Shown piece by piece: positions 1 through 9,644 of a stretch of 64,000 bases of DNA. The notes beneath the pieces are model-generated. The model ran no database searches. It had not been told where the DNA came from and saw nothing but the letters and a program-made list of their open reading frames with translations. A program made the translations under genes and the position numbers. Numbering within the stretch: the first letter of the stretch is position 1; the number at the start of each line of letters is the position of its first letter. Source of the DNA: Thermodesulfobacteriota bacterium (GTDB taxonomy: Bacteria > Desulfobacterota_D > UBA1144 > Nemesobacterales > Mycalebacteriaceae); the NCBI GenBank assembly GCA_965198945.1, contig CBDAQI010000001.1, forward strand, positions 1 through 64,000, written 5' to 3'.

Positions 1-422
1 TCGGAATCAACCGGCAGAAGAGTCGCCACATCTTCACTTCCGGTGTTTGAAAGATCCACGCCCGCATTTGCCATTATCATTCCGCAACCGGTCTCCACTA
101 TCAGTCTTCCCCTGCCCGTGGATACCCTGCCTTTCCGCACAACTCTTTTTGTCTGTGAAAGTATGACTTCAACAAGACGCGGGTCTTTATCAACCTCGCG
201 GGCTATTTCCACCGCACGTGCCGAGGGATTTACGGAGCGAAGATTTACCGTACGACCTTCGGACTTGGAAATAACTTTCTGGGCGACAACCAGAACATCG
301 CCGCTTTCAAGGGAAATTCCGGACTTTTTGAGAGACAGGTAAATCTCCGAAGCCACGCACATACCGGACTTGATTTCCGGCATGCCTGCAAGCGCTGAAA
401 GGGTAACTTCTTCGGAAGACAA
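1..422 (-). CDS. cofE: Coenzyme F420-0:L-glutamate ligase (runs off the left edge of the window; not in the ORF track)
   Basis: Manual translation from TTG at 422: LSSEEVTLSALAGMPEIKSG...GDVLVVAQKVISKSEG...DKDPRLVEVIL...MANAGVDLSN...LLPVDS. Carries the characteristic CofE motifs (VVxxKxxSKxEG, ANAGxDxSN, LLPxD). Confidence 0.88.
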   Translation of the reverse strand, partial: MSSEEVTLSALAGMPEIKSGMCVASEIYLSLKKSGISLESGDVLVVAQKVISKSEGRTVNLRSVNPSARAVEIAREVDKDPRLVEVILSQTKRVVRKGRVSTGRGRLIVETGCGMIMANAGVDLSNTGSEDVATLLPVDS

Positions 423-440
423 TTCTACTGCGGCGCGTCT

Positions 441-854
441 TTAAGATTTCTGAAAATAGTATCTGTATGTTTTGACCATGGTTTCGGTATCTTCCTTTTT
501 CCTGCCCCAGACGACAAACTTGCGCGAAACATCTCCGTCCACTTCAAGCATCCTTACGGTATAAACATTGCCGGTGTCTTTGTTTGTCCAGTTTGCCTTC
601 TCTCCCGCACCAAGACTTCTTATGTTGCGCTTGAGAATCTCAATGTCCTTTTTATCCATCAGAATTCTCACAACATCGGCGCGAATGTCTTTTGTCGTTG
701 AAAGCCCGGACGAGGTGAGAGGAACAAATCCTTCAAACTCTGGAACTTCTTCTTCCCCGCCCACAAAAGGAATGAATTTCGGAACGCAGGAAACTAGAAG
801 GAAAAGAACCGAAAGAGCGGCGACCACGCTGGCAAAACCAGAAAATCTGCGCAT
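441..854 (-). CDS. Predicted lipoprotein, surface-antigen-like (RT0821/Lpp0805-like)
   Basis: Likely ATG at 854 (MRRFSG...), hydrophobic signal ending in lipobox LVSC; GEKANWTNKDTGNVYTV resembles 17-kDa surface antigen domains. Confidence 0.6.
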   Translation of the reverse strand: MRRFSGFASVVAALSVLFLLVSCVPKFIPFVGGEEEVPEFEGFVPLTSSGLSTTKDIRADVVRILMDKKDIEILKRNIRSLGAGEKANWTNKDTGNVYTVRMLEVDGDVSRKFVVWGRKKEDTETMVKTYRYYFQKS

Positions 855-925
855 GTAAGAAAACCTCCTGAAAAATCCTCCCCGAATGGTATAGGATTTT
901 GCACTGGAAAACAAAGAGAAAACTC

Positions 926-2065
926 ATGAAAAAAGGCGAGATATACCTTGACAATAACGCTTCTTCCCGGGTTTTGCCGGAAGTTCTGGAAAAAACCTTT
1001 GAAGTCCTGAAACTTGGAGGCAACCCCTCAAGCCCTCATTCATGCGGAAAAACAATCAGAGACATAGTTGAAAACTCAAGAAACCGCCTCGCTTTCTTTG
1101 TCGGGGCGGACCCGGACGAAATCGTGTTCACGAGTTCCGGCACCGAGGCAAACAACATGGCTCTCAGGTCTCTGCACCCGAAAGCCGGGCGGAGGAAAAT
1201 GAAAATTGTCACAACATCGGTTGAACATTCCTCGGTAAAAAAAACCTGCTCAAGTCTTAAGCTGGACGGAGCAGAAATTATCTGTGTAAGCGTTGACGGA
1301 GACGGGATTGCCGATATGGGGGCGATGGAAAAACACATAGAGGACGGAGCGGACCTTGTTTCCTTTCAGTGGGTCAACAATGAAACCGGAGTGATTCAGG
1401 ACATTGAAACCGTAGTTGAACTGTGTCGCCAAAACGGAGTGACGGTGCATACCGACGCGGCTCAGGCGCCGGGCAAACTGCCGGTTGACCTGGGCGCCCT
1501 CGGAGTTGACCTCGCAACCCTTACCGGACACAAATTCAACGCTCTCCAGGGTTGCGGCGCCATATTTGTCAAAGACAAAATGATTTTGAACCAGATGTTG
1601 TTCGGAGGCTTTCAGGAAGGCGGATTCAGGCCCGGAACGGAAAATATCGCCGGCATAAAAAGCATGGGAGAAGCGGCCGGGATCAGAGGCCGCGACATTG
1701 CCGGCGCCGCAAAACACCTTGCGGAAATGAGAGACTTTTTTGAAGGTGAAATCATCGGAAGCACACCCGGAAGCCGTATAAACGGAAGTCCGGAAAAAAG
1801 GGCCCCGAACACGGCAAATATAATGTTCAGGGGAATAGACGGCGCAAAAATGACCGCAGTTCTTGACTCTCTCGGAGTCAAATGCTCACAAAGCTCAGCC
1901 TGCACAACATCTGACCCCTCACCCTCATATGTTCTTACGGAAATGGGCCTTTCGGAGCAAGAGGCAGGCTCAAGCATCAGGTTCAGTTTCGGTGTGGACA
2001 ACACAATTGAGGAGGCCCGGAAAGCCGCAAACATTGTGAAAGAAGCGCACCGGAAATGCGCATGA
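926..2065 (+). CDS. iscS: Cysteine desulfurase (IscS/NifS group I, PLP-dependent)
   Basis: YLDNNAS, NNETG, HTDAAQ, TGHKF (PLP Lys), RPGTEN, SSACT catalytic Cys, IRFSFG. ATG at 926 preferred over the ORF-track start at 899. Confidence 0.85.
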   Translation: MKKGEIYLDNNASSRVLPEVLEKTFEVLKLGGNPSSPHSCGKTIRDIVENSRNRLAFFVGADPDEIVFTSSGTEANNMALRSLHPKAGRRKMKIVTTSVEHSSVKKTCSSLKLDGAEIICVSVDGDGIADMGAMEKHIEDGADLVSFQWVNNETGVIQDIETVVELCRQNGVTVHTDAAQAPGKLPVDLGALGVDLATLTGHKFNALQGCGAIFVKDKMILNQMLFGGFQEGGFRPGTENIAGIKSMGEAAGIRGRDIAGAAKHLAEMRDFFEGEIIGSTPGSRINGSPEKRAPNTANIMFRGIDGAKMTAVLDSLGVKCSQSSACTTSDPSPSYVLTEMGLSEQEAGSSIRFSFGVDNTIEEARKAANIVKEAHRKCA

Positions 2066-2068
2066 CAC

Positions 2069-5000
2069 TCAACGGCGGGAAGCAAGAGCGCGCAGCTTTT
2101 GCAACGCGAATTTCGGCAGTATGTTTGAGGAAATAAAAACTTTCACATCGTCCAGAATAATGTAAAACATCGGCACTATGAACAGAATTATTACGGTTCC
2201 GAAGAGAAGACCGAATCCGAGGGCGATCGCCATGGGAGCCAGAAAAGAAGTTTCTCCGCGTGTCTGATACATAAGCGAGGCGAGACCTCCGAAAGTTGTC
2301 AACGAGGTTATTATAATGGGCCTGAAACGGTATTTGGCCGCTACGGACACCGCAAAAATTCGCCCCATAGTGCGCCGCCTGCTGTTTATAAAATCCATCA
2401 GAACAAGGCTGTCGTTCACAATCACCCCCATAAGCGCAACCGTGCCTATAATGGCCGGAAGTGTGAAAGGCTCCACTCTGAGGAGAACCCCTATGAAAAC
2501 ACCCAACAGAGCGAAAGGCAGAACGCTCATAATTATGAAAGGCTGTGTGTAGGAGTTCAGAATGGAGGCGAGAATTATGTATATGAGCATAAATGCTATG
2601 AACGAAGCTCTGACTATATCGGCAAGCGCGTCGGCAAAATCCTCCTGCTCTCCGCCGAGTTCAAAGAAATATCCCGGATAATCCTCAAGAAAGCCCGAAA
2701 GGAATCCCCTAACTTCGGAGTTCACCATGTTTGAAGTTACGACCGCCTGATCGACTTCGGCGGAAACTGTCGCGGTTCTGTTGTAGTTGACCCTTCTTAT
2801 GTCAAGAAGCGCGGGACGCACACCGATGTCAACCAAGCTGCCGAGAGTGACCCAGCCCCCCGAATCGGATTTTATCTGATGAGTTTTCAAAAGAGAGGAT
2901 ACGTCCGCCGGAGGAACTCCGTATTTCAAACGTATATCGGTCTCCTCTTTGCCAACCCGCGTCAGCGCCACATCAAGGCCTTCCGCAAGAGCCCTGACCT
3001 CCCTGGACACCGTCACCGTGTTAAGACCCAAGTCAGACGCCTTTTTCTCATCAACATTCAGAGTCACTTCGTTTTTGCCGAAAATAAGGTCGCTGCTTAC
3101 CCCGAAAACCCCCGGAGTTTTGGAAAGAAAATCCTCCAGTGCTGTTGCTATTTCTCTCAAAGTGTCCGTATCTCTCCCCATTATCCGCACATTGACCGGC
3201 TTGCCCACGGGCGGGCCCGCATCAATTACAAAGTCCGTGAGTGATGGAGCAACCACGGCCCCCGAAACCTTGTCCCTGACAAAATTCATAATATCTTTGC
3301 CGTTTTCCGAGCGCTTTTCGTAGTCCTCATACTCAACGACAATGGTCGCCAGATGGTCTCCCGTTGTGGGCGCTCCGCCCGCCGAATCTATTCCCACAAC
3401 CGACAGAACGTTTTTCAGAACATGCGGGGGAATCTCGCGCTCCGCTATCTCTTCAATCTGCCTGACGGAATCTTCGGTGTATTGAAGACCTGACTGAGAC
3501 GGCATCCGGACGCGCACGAGAAACTCAACCGTGTCGCGCACATAAAACATAACAACGGGCATCCTTGAAGCCAGTGAAATGGACACAAACAGAAAAAACA
3601 TAGCAAAACCCATTGCCGCGTAACGTTTCCTCAAACAGAAAACAAGAGCCTTCATATAAAAGGCACGCAGAGCAATAACCCATTTGCGCGATTTGTTTCT
3701 GGCAACAGGTTTCAGATATTCGGCACAGTGGGAGGGCATTATGATAAAAGCCTCCAGCATTGAAACAATAAGCGCGAAAATGGCCACCTGAGGAATTATT
3801 GAAAGAAACTGTCCTATCAAACCGCTTGCGACAAGAAGCGGCAGGAATGCGGCGATGTTTGTCAGAACGGTTGCCATGACCGGAACAGCCACCTCTTTTG
3901 TTCCGACAAAAGCGGCTTTCGTGGCGTCCATTCCGGAAGTTACGTATCTCTGCACGTTTTCAACCACCACAACCGCATCATCAACAACTATGCCTATGAC
4001 CATAACCATCCCGAACATTGAGATAAGGTTCAGCGTTAAACCGGTCATTTTCATGATTATCAGAGCTCCAAAAAATGAAACCGGTATGCCCACCGCTGAG
4101 ATTGCGGCGGCGCGCGGATTGAGAAAAAGCCCGAGAACAACAAGCACAAGCACAAGCCCTATACTCCCGCTTTTGAGCATTGTGGAGAAACGTTTCTCCG
4201 CATAAACGGACTGGTCGCTCGTTATAAAAATCTCAATTCCCTCCGGAAATTCCGATTCAGCCTTTTCCACCTCTTTTCTAATCCTTTGAACGGTCTTAAC
4301 CGCATGAACGTCTTTCTGCTTGTTGATCAGCAGAGAGATTGCCGGTTTGCCGTTGATGCGCGAGCGTGTGGTCTCTTTTTCGGTTCCGAGACTCACCGAA
4401 GCAATCTGACCCATGAGCACCTGACCCGCGCCCGTTTTCACCGGAACGTCCAGGATTTCTTCCGCGGAGCGGAGCTTGCCCTTTGTTCTGACAAGATATT
4501 CAAATTCTCCCTGTCTGATTTTGCCTCCGGGAAAATCAAGACTTCTTCCCTGAATTGCGCCTTGTATATTCTGTATTGAAATATTGTGCTGACGCATCTT
4601 CAGAGGGTCCAGTTCCACCCAGAAAACAGGGTCGCTCAGCCCCGAAGTCGTCAAAGAACCGACACCTTCCAAAAGCCTTATTCTGTCTCTGAGTCTGAGC
4701 GCGTAAGACCTCAAAACCATGGGGTCAATGGAACCTCCCACCGACACGTTTATCAGCGGGAAATTCGGCTCAAGCTCTTCAACAACAGGCACCTCGCTGT
4801 CTTCGGGAAGCGTGGAGCGGATTCGTGAAATGTGTGAATCAATATACTGTGACGCCTTTGCCGGGTCTTCACCGGGACGCAGCTCAATAACAATGGAAGA
4901 CGAACCCTCTGAAGAAACGGAACTCACCCTTTTCATTCCGGGCAGGTCGCTTATTTCTTCTTCTATGGGAATGGTAACAAGACGTTCAACATCTTCGGGG

Positions 5001-5164
5001 GTCGCTCCGGGATAGGAAGTTTTGATAGTAACAGTTTCAATGGCCACCGAGGGAAAAGTTTCAAGCGGCAGTGAAAGATAGACAAGGAAGCCCACGGCAA
5101 TTATGCCAACCATAAGAAGATTGGCAAATACCGGATTCCTTATTGAAAAACTTATCAGATTCAT
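2069..5164 (-). CDS. RND efflux transporter permease subunit (AcrB/AcrD/AcrF family)
   Basis: 1031 aa; YPGA-PEDVE-VT-PIE, GIVVDDAVVVVEN (TM4 proton relay), RFRPIIITSLTT. Confidence 0.92.
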   Translation of the reverse strand: MNLISFSIRNPVFANLLMVGIIAVGFLVYLSLPLETFPSVAIETVTIKTSYPGATPEDVERLVTIPIEEEISDLPGMKRVSSVSSEGSSSIVIELRPGEDPAKASQYIDSHISRIRSTLPEDSEVPVVEELEPNFPLINVSVGGSIDPMVLRSYALRLRDRIRLLEGVGSLTTSGLSDPVFWVELDPLKMRQHNISIQNIQGAIQGRSLDFPGGKIRQGEFEYLVRTKGKLRSAEEILDVPVKTGAGQVLMGQIASVSLGTEKETTRSRINGKPAISLLINKQKDVHAVKTVQRIRKEVEKAESEFPEGIEIFITSDQSVYAEKRFSTMLKSGSIGLVLVLVVLGLFLNPRAAAISAVGIPVSFFGALIIMKMTGLTLNLISMFGMVMVIGIVVDDAVVVVENVQRYVTSGMDATKAAFVGTKEVAVPVMATVLTNIAAFLPLLVASGLIGQFLSIIPQVAIFALIVSMLEAFIIMPSHCAEYLKPVARNKSRKWVIALRAFYMKALVFCLRKRYAAMGFAMFFLFVSISLASRMPVVMFYVRDTVEFLVRVRMPSQSGLQYTEDSVRQIEEIAEREIPPHVLKNVLSVVGIDSAGGAPTTGDHLATIVVEYEDYEKRSENGKDIMNFVRDKVSGAVVAPSLTDFVIDAGPPVGKPVNVRIMGRDTDTLREIATALEDFLSKTPGVFGVSSDLIFGKNEVTLNVDEKKASDLGLNTVTVSREVRALAEGLDVALTRVGKEETDIRLKYGVPPADVSSLLKTHQIKSDSGGWVTLGSLVDIGVRPALLDIRRVNYNRTATVSAEVDQAVVTSNMVNSEVRGFLSGFLEDYPGYFFELGGEQEDFADALADIVRASFIAFMLIYIILASILNSYTQPFIIMSVLPFALLGVFIGVLLRVEPFTLPAIIGTVALMGVIVNDSLVLMDFINSRRRTMGRIFAVSVAAKYRFRPIIITSLTTFGGLASLMYQTRGETSFLAPMAIALGFGLLFGTVIILFIVPMFYIILDDVKVFISSNILPKFALQKLRALASRR

Positions 5165-5170
5165 AAACCA

Positions 5171-6307
5171 TTAAGAGGCTTTCAAAATCTCCACCGGCTG
5201 ACCCTCCTGAAGGCCGGAATTTCCTTCGTTGATTATCAATGCGCCTTGCGGAAAAATTGATACCGGAACAGCCACCGTTTCCGAATCAATCCATACCAAA
5301 TCGTCCGGAAGATTGACTTTGCGCGACTTGCCTTCCAGAGCCACAAAAACAAAAGGCTTTCCTCTTTCGTAAAGGAGTGAGAGTATCGGGACGCGCACAA
5401 CATCAAAAAGCTCTCCGGACTCAATTCTCAAATTGACGAACTCTCCCGACCAGAGCTCTTCATTGAGGTCTTCATCATCAACGGAAACCTCAATAGAATA
5501 GGTCGTAGAGCCGTCATCGTTTTCCCTGCTCACACCTTCCACCATTCCGGGCGCAAGCTGTTTTCCGCTTGAGGCCACATATTCAACAAAAACTTTCGCG
5601 CCCCGCTTGGTTCTTTTGGCGATTGATGAATCAACACCCGCCACAACTTTGTTTATCCGGTTGCCGGTGACTCTGGCAACCGTTTCCCCCTGAATAACCT
5701 CCTGTCCGATATCGGGCAGAATCTCAGTAACGGTCCCGGCAAGCGAAGAGCGGATTTTAAGCCGGTCGTAATACCACTTCGCCTTCCTGTAGGAAGCCTC
5801 AAAAGCCTCAAGTTGTGAAGACGCCCTGTCCAAAGCGCTTTTGGACGAATCAAGATCGTCTTTTGAAACCACACCTTTTTCAAAAAGTCTTTTGTATTGT
5901 TCGTATTTTCTGCCGGATTCCTCAAAATCGGACTGCGCGGAATAAAAAAGCCCCTCGGCCTGCCTGAGTTCATAAAGTGTTCCGCTGTCTTCAAGAACCA
6001 TTATGACTTCGCCTTCGGCGACTGCGTCTCCGAGTGATTTGCGCATATCAACCACAAAACCCGAAGCACCTGAAAGAACCTTTACGCTCTGCGCGCCCTC
6101 AACCTTCCCCAGAACCGTGTCATACATTTTCAAATCTTGTGGAACAACCGGAAAAGCCCTTACGGCCAAGGGTTTTTCTTGTATAACTTCGGAAGTCCTT
6201 GAGAGAACAAATCTGAAGTAAAGAAGCAGAACCAGGGCGAGGAAAAGACCTGTTATTAAGAAAAACTTTTTCCATTGAGAGGTAAAGTTTCTGTTTTTCC
6301 GTGTCAT
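5171..6307 (-). CDS. RND periplasmic adaptor (membrane fusion protein)
   Basis: N-terminal TM, lipoyl-like halves flanking a coiled-coil hairpin, C-terminal GLQEGQPV; directly upstream of the RND permease. ATG at 6307 likely. Confidence 0.85.
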   Translation of the reverse strand: MTRKNRNFTSQWKKFFLITGLFLALVLLLYFRFVLSRTSEVIQEKPLAVRAFPVVPQDLKMYDTVLGKVEGAQSVKVLSGASGFVVDMRKSLGDAVAEGEVIMVLEDSGTLYELRQAEGLFYSAQSDFEESGRKYEQYKRLFEKGVVSKDDLDSSKSALDRASSQLEAFEASYRKAKWYYDRLKIRSSLAGTVTEILPDIGQEVIQGETVARVTGNRINKVVAGVDSSIAKRTKRGAKVFVEYVASSGKQLAPGMVEGVSRENDDGSTTYSIEVSVDDEDLNEELWSGEFVNLRIESGELFDVVRVPILSLLYERGKPFVFVALEGKSRKVNLPDDLVWIDSETVAVPVSIFPQGALIINEGNSGLQEGQPVEILKAS

Positions 6308-6404
6308 ACAAACCTCAACCCGGGGCGGGAAAGCAAGTTTGTTCAACCTCCGGGACGCATAAAAGCATTTATTGGATTTTATTACTCTACACTATAAATT
6401 AGGG

Positions 6405-6433
6405 TTGAAATAAGGATTTGTTTTATTTACAAT
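6405..6433 (+). promoter_or_regulatory. Sigma-70-type promoter of the HU gene
   Basis: TTGAAA-17 nt-TACAAT, followed by the SD AGGAGG before the ATG at 6468. Confidence 0.6.
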
Positions 6434-6467
6434 CGCGGAAACATACATAGTTGACAGGAGGTTTCCT

Positions 6468-6743
6468 ATGACAAAGTCTGACATCGCATCGCATGTTGCC
6501 GGCAAGTTTGACATTTCCAAGAAGGTCGCGGCAGAGATTCTTGATGAACTCGTGAATATAACCTACAAGGAAACTAAGAAATCAAAAGATTTTACTTTTC
6601 CGGGTCTTGGCAAATTTGTAGTTGACAGACGCAAAGCGCGCACGGGTCGTAACCCCGCCACCGGCGAAACCATCAAAATTCCAGCTAAGAAAGTCGTCAA
6701 GTTCAAAGTGGCGAAAGCCTGCAAAGACGCAATAGTCGGTTAA
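6468..6743 (+). CDS. hup: HU family DNA-binding protein
   Basis: 91 aa; FPGLGKF, RKARTGRNPATGETIKIPAK. Confidence 0.92.
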   Translation: MTKSDIASHVAGKFDISKKVAAEILDELVNITYKETKKSKDFTFPGLGKFVVDRRKARTGRNPATGETIKIPAKKVVKFKVAKACKDAIVG

Positions 6744-6761
6744 ACCGTCTTTTAACAGCAG

Positions 6762-6806
6762 AAACGAAAAACCGGAATTTTTTTATTACATTCCGGTTTT
6801 TCGTTT
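6762..6806. terminator. Bidirectional intrinsic terminator
   Basis: 17-bp inverted repeat AAACGAAAAACCGGAAT/ATTCCGGTTTTTCGTTT between convergent genes. Confidence 0.8.
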
Positions 6807-6811
6807 TAGTT

Positions 6812-7582
6812 TTAATTGCCGGAACTTTCAGGGGATGCGGGAAACAGAAAGAAACTCATTTTTTCTTTCTCGCGCTTTCCAATCCGCTCTGACAACTGCC
6901 TGTTTGAATCAAACTTTTCGCCGTCAGCTCTGCTGAAGCGTATATCAAAGCTCAAACGGCCCTCGTGCGAAAAAGGCCACGGGTCAACCGAGTAAGAGTT
7001 CTCACAGACCGCTTTGAGTTTTATTGTTTTCTCCCCTCCGTTTTCAAGGGGAATGTCTTTTATTTCAAAACTCTCCCATCCGTGACAAAGCACGAGTGAA
7101 ACTGCGTCTCCAGTCTGGAGAAGTTTTAATTCTTTCCGAATACGGCCTGAAATAAGCTCCGTGCTTTCCACACCAAGAGTCTTTTTCACCAATTCCTCTA
7201 TCTCTGCTTTCAGGGCAAGAGACCAGTCGTTTTGTCCGCGGGACAGCACCCTGTCATTAAATTTTTTGAAATGAAGCGCGATCAGAGCGCTCGCATATGG
7301 GTGAGTGCCTATATGCCCGCCGAATGACTTTCTCCATATTTCAGTCTGTCGGGGCGGGGAGACTTCGGTAAAATCCTCCGGCTCGCCTCCGGGGTTGAGA
7401 GAGGGGCTGCCGTCGGTCTCCCGCCATCCCGAATCGTGCTCGGCAATGGCAAAAAGAAGTTCCGCGGCGGGATCGGGAAAAAAAAATCCGCCGCCCCAGA
7501 AACTCATTATCCGGGCGGAAAGTTTTGCATGGTCGTCCTGTGTGAACAAAAGCCATCCGCCGCCGGATTTTCTGCGAACCAT
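6812..7582 (-). CDS. DUF3891 family protein
   Basis: FTQDDHAKLS...FWG...AIAEHDSGW...PEDF...HPYASALIALH, the DUF3891 pattern. ATG at 7582 likely. Confidence 0.75.
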   Translation of the reverse strand: MVRRKSGGGWLLFTQDDHAKLSARIMSFWGGGFFFPDPAAELLFAIAEHDSGWRETDGSPSLNPGGEPEDFTEVSPPRQTEIWRKSFGGHIGTHPYASALIALHFKKFNDRVLSRGQNDWSLALKAEIEELVKKTLGVESTELISGRIRKELKLLQTGDAVSLVLCHGWESFEIKDIPLENGGEKTIKLKAVCENSYSVDPWPFSHEGRLSFDIRFSRADGEKFDSNRQLSERIGKREKEKMSFFLFPASPESSGN

Positions 7583-7794
7583 AGAAAGCAAGAATAACAC
7601 AACATTGGCAAAGTCCAGAGGCGAAAAGACTTTGCGTAAAAGCGCCCGGATGTTTGAAGGAGATATGAATGGATATTTTCTGAATTAAATGAAAAACGGG
7701 GCGATGGGCCGCTTACCGGAAAATTTGTAAATTCATTATGTAAAAGTCCCCGCAACCCGCCATCTTTTCTCCAGCAACAGGCATAATAGAGAAC

Positions 7795-8430
7795 GTGCCC
7801 GAAACCAAAACCGTAAAATCTTCAGACCCGGACGCCGCGGAAAAAGCCGCGCAAACCGTTCTTGCCGGCGGAATAATCATCTACCCGACCGAAACTCTTT
7901 ACGGAATCGGCGGACTCGCCTTAAACCGGCATGTCGCGCAAAGAGTGTCCGACATCAAGAAAAGACCGCCGGACAAACCGCTGCCTGTTCTTGTAAGAGA
8001 CGAGAAAATGCTCCGCCGCTACTTCATAATCACGGAAAAACAGAAGGAGGCCTATAAAAAAATACTGCCGCTGCCCGTTACACTTGTTCTGCGTTTGCGG
8101 GAAAAGGGCATATTCCCCCCGCAGGTGTCTGCGGACGGACTGACCGCGGTCAGAATATCGGGAGGAGATTTTGTCCGCCGTATTTTTGACCTGCTGGACG
8201 AGCCGCTTATATCCTCAAGCGCCAACCCAAGCGGGGAACCGAACCTGCGGACGGGTGCGGCGGCGGCGGAGATTTTCGGCGGCAGGGTTGAACTAATAGT
8301 TGATTCCGGTAACCTACGGCCTTCGGAGGGCTCCGCGATAGTGAGTCTCGCGGACAATACGCCGAAAATTCTGCGTCATGGCGATCTTAAACCGGAACAA
8401 ATGAGCGAGTTTGTGAAATGGCTGTCGTAA
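7795..8430 (+). CDS. tsaC: L-threonylcarbamoyladenylate synthase (YrdC/TsaC/Sua5)
   Basis: YPTETLYGIG, IKKRPPDKPL, AVRI, SSSANPSG. Confidence 0.9.
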   Translation: MPETKTVKSSDPDAAEKAAQTVLAGGIIIYPTETLYGIGGLALNRHVAQRVSDIKKRPPDKPLPVLVRDEKMLRRYFIITEKQKEAYKKILPLPVTLVLRLREKGIFPPQVSADGLTAVRISGGDFVRRIFDLLDEPLISSSANPSGEPNLRTGAAAAEIFGGRVELIVDSGNLRPSEGSAIVSLADNTPKILRHGDLKPEQMSEFVKWLS

Positions 8431-9629
8431 AAGGTTTCCGGGCAATACGTTATAACACCGAAAAAGCGGGTGATCTGTCCGAAATTGTCACACCGCCATA
8501 TGATGTGATTGATTCCGCAGGGCAGAAAGCCCTGTATGAAAAACACCCTTTGAATTTTATCAGACTGATTCTTTCAAAAGAACCGGGTGAAAAGCGTTAC
8601 CGGGATTCCGGAGACACATTTCAAAAATGGCTGGATGAAAAAATCCTTGAGAGAGATGAAAAACCGTCAATTTACCGCTATTTCCAGAATTTTGAGTTTG
8701 GCGGAAAACATTTCACAAGAAAGGGTTTTATAGCAAGGGTAAAGATAGAGGATTTTGAAAACGGAGTTGTTTTTCCGCATGAAAAAACCTTCAAAAAACA
8801 CAAAGATGACCGCCTCAGATTGACCGAAGCGTGCGGGGCGAACCTCAGTCAGGTTTTTTCAACTTATTCGGATCCCGAAGGGCTTGTTGAAAAAACAATG
8901 GAAGATTCCACCGACGAACCTTTTGCCCGCATAGATTTTGAAGGGGTGAGAAATACGATATGGAAACTGGACGATGAGGAAACACTGCTAAGAATTTCCG
9001 CCCTGATGGCGGACAAAAAACTTCTGATTGTGGACGGGCATCACCGTTATGAAACGGCCATAAACTACAGAAACATTTGCAGGCTGGACGGAAAAAATCG
9101 CGGCGAAGAACATGAATATGTGATGATGTTTCTCTGCGGAGCCGAAGGGGAGGGACTTCTGGTTGAGCCGACTCACAGGGGGATGAAAAATTTGTGCGGA
9201 ATTTCCGCGGAAAAAATCGCTTCGGAACTGAAAAAAGAGTTTCATTGCTCGGAAACAAACGCCGAGAAAACCGATGAGCTACGAAGGAATCAGGTGGTTT
9301 TTGTTTATGAAAAAGGCGAAAAAGCGCTGATTTTTTCCCCGAAAGATAAAGACGAAAATTACCGGACAATGGGCGTTTTTACTTTGCATAATATTGTCAT
9401 TGATAAAATAATCAATTGTAAAAACAAGGAAATTATTTTTACAAAATCTCGTGAAGAACTGGTGAATTTTGTAAAAAACGGAGAGTGTGAAGCGGGTTTT
9501 ATAATGCCAAAACCGCTGATAAAAGACGTTATGGACGCGGCGGAGAAAGGTGTCAGAATGCCTCAGAAAACCACTTATTTTTATCCGAAAATTCTTTCGG
9601 GCATTGTCATAAACCCCCTCTGGAACTAA
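8418..9629 (+). CDS. DUF1015 family protein
   Basis: PPYDVI, FPHEKT, IVDGHHRYETA, PTHR, MPQKTTYFYPK. Confidence 0.85.
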   Translation: MAVVKGFRAIRYNTEKAGDLSEIVTPPYDVIDSAGQKALYEKHPLNFIRLILSKEPGEKRYRDSGDTFQKWLDEKILERDEKPSIYRYFQNFEFGGKHFTRKGFIARVKIEDFENGVVFPHEKTFKKHKDDRLRLTEACGANLSQVFSTYSDPEGLVEKTMEDSTDEPFARIDFEGVRNTIWKLDDEETLLRISALMADKKLLIVDGHHRYETAINYRNICRLDGKNRGEEHEYVMMFLCGAEGEGLLVEPTHRGMKNLCGISAEKIASELKKEFHCSETNAEKTDELRRNQVVFVYEKGEKALIFSPKDKDENYRTMGVFTLHNIVIDKIINCKNKEIIFTKSREELVNFVKNGECEAGFIMPKPLIKDVMDAAEKGVRMPQKTTYFYPKILSGIVINPLWN

Positions 9630-9644
9630 AATACCGGAAGGCTG

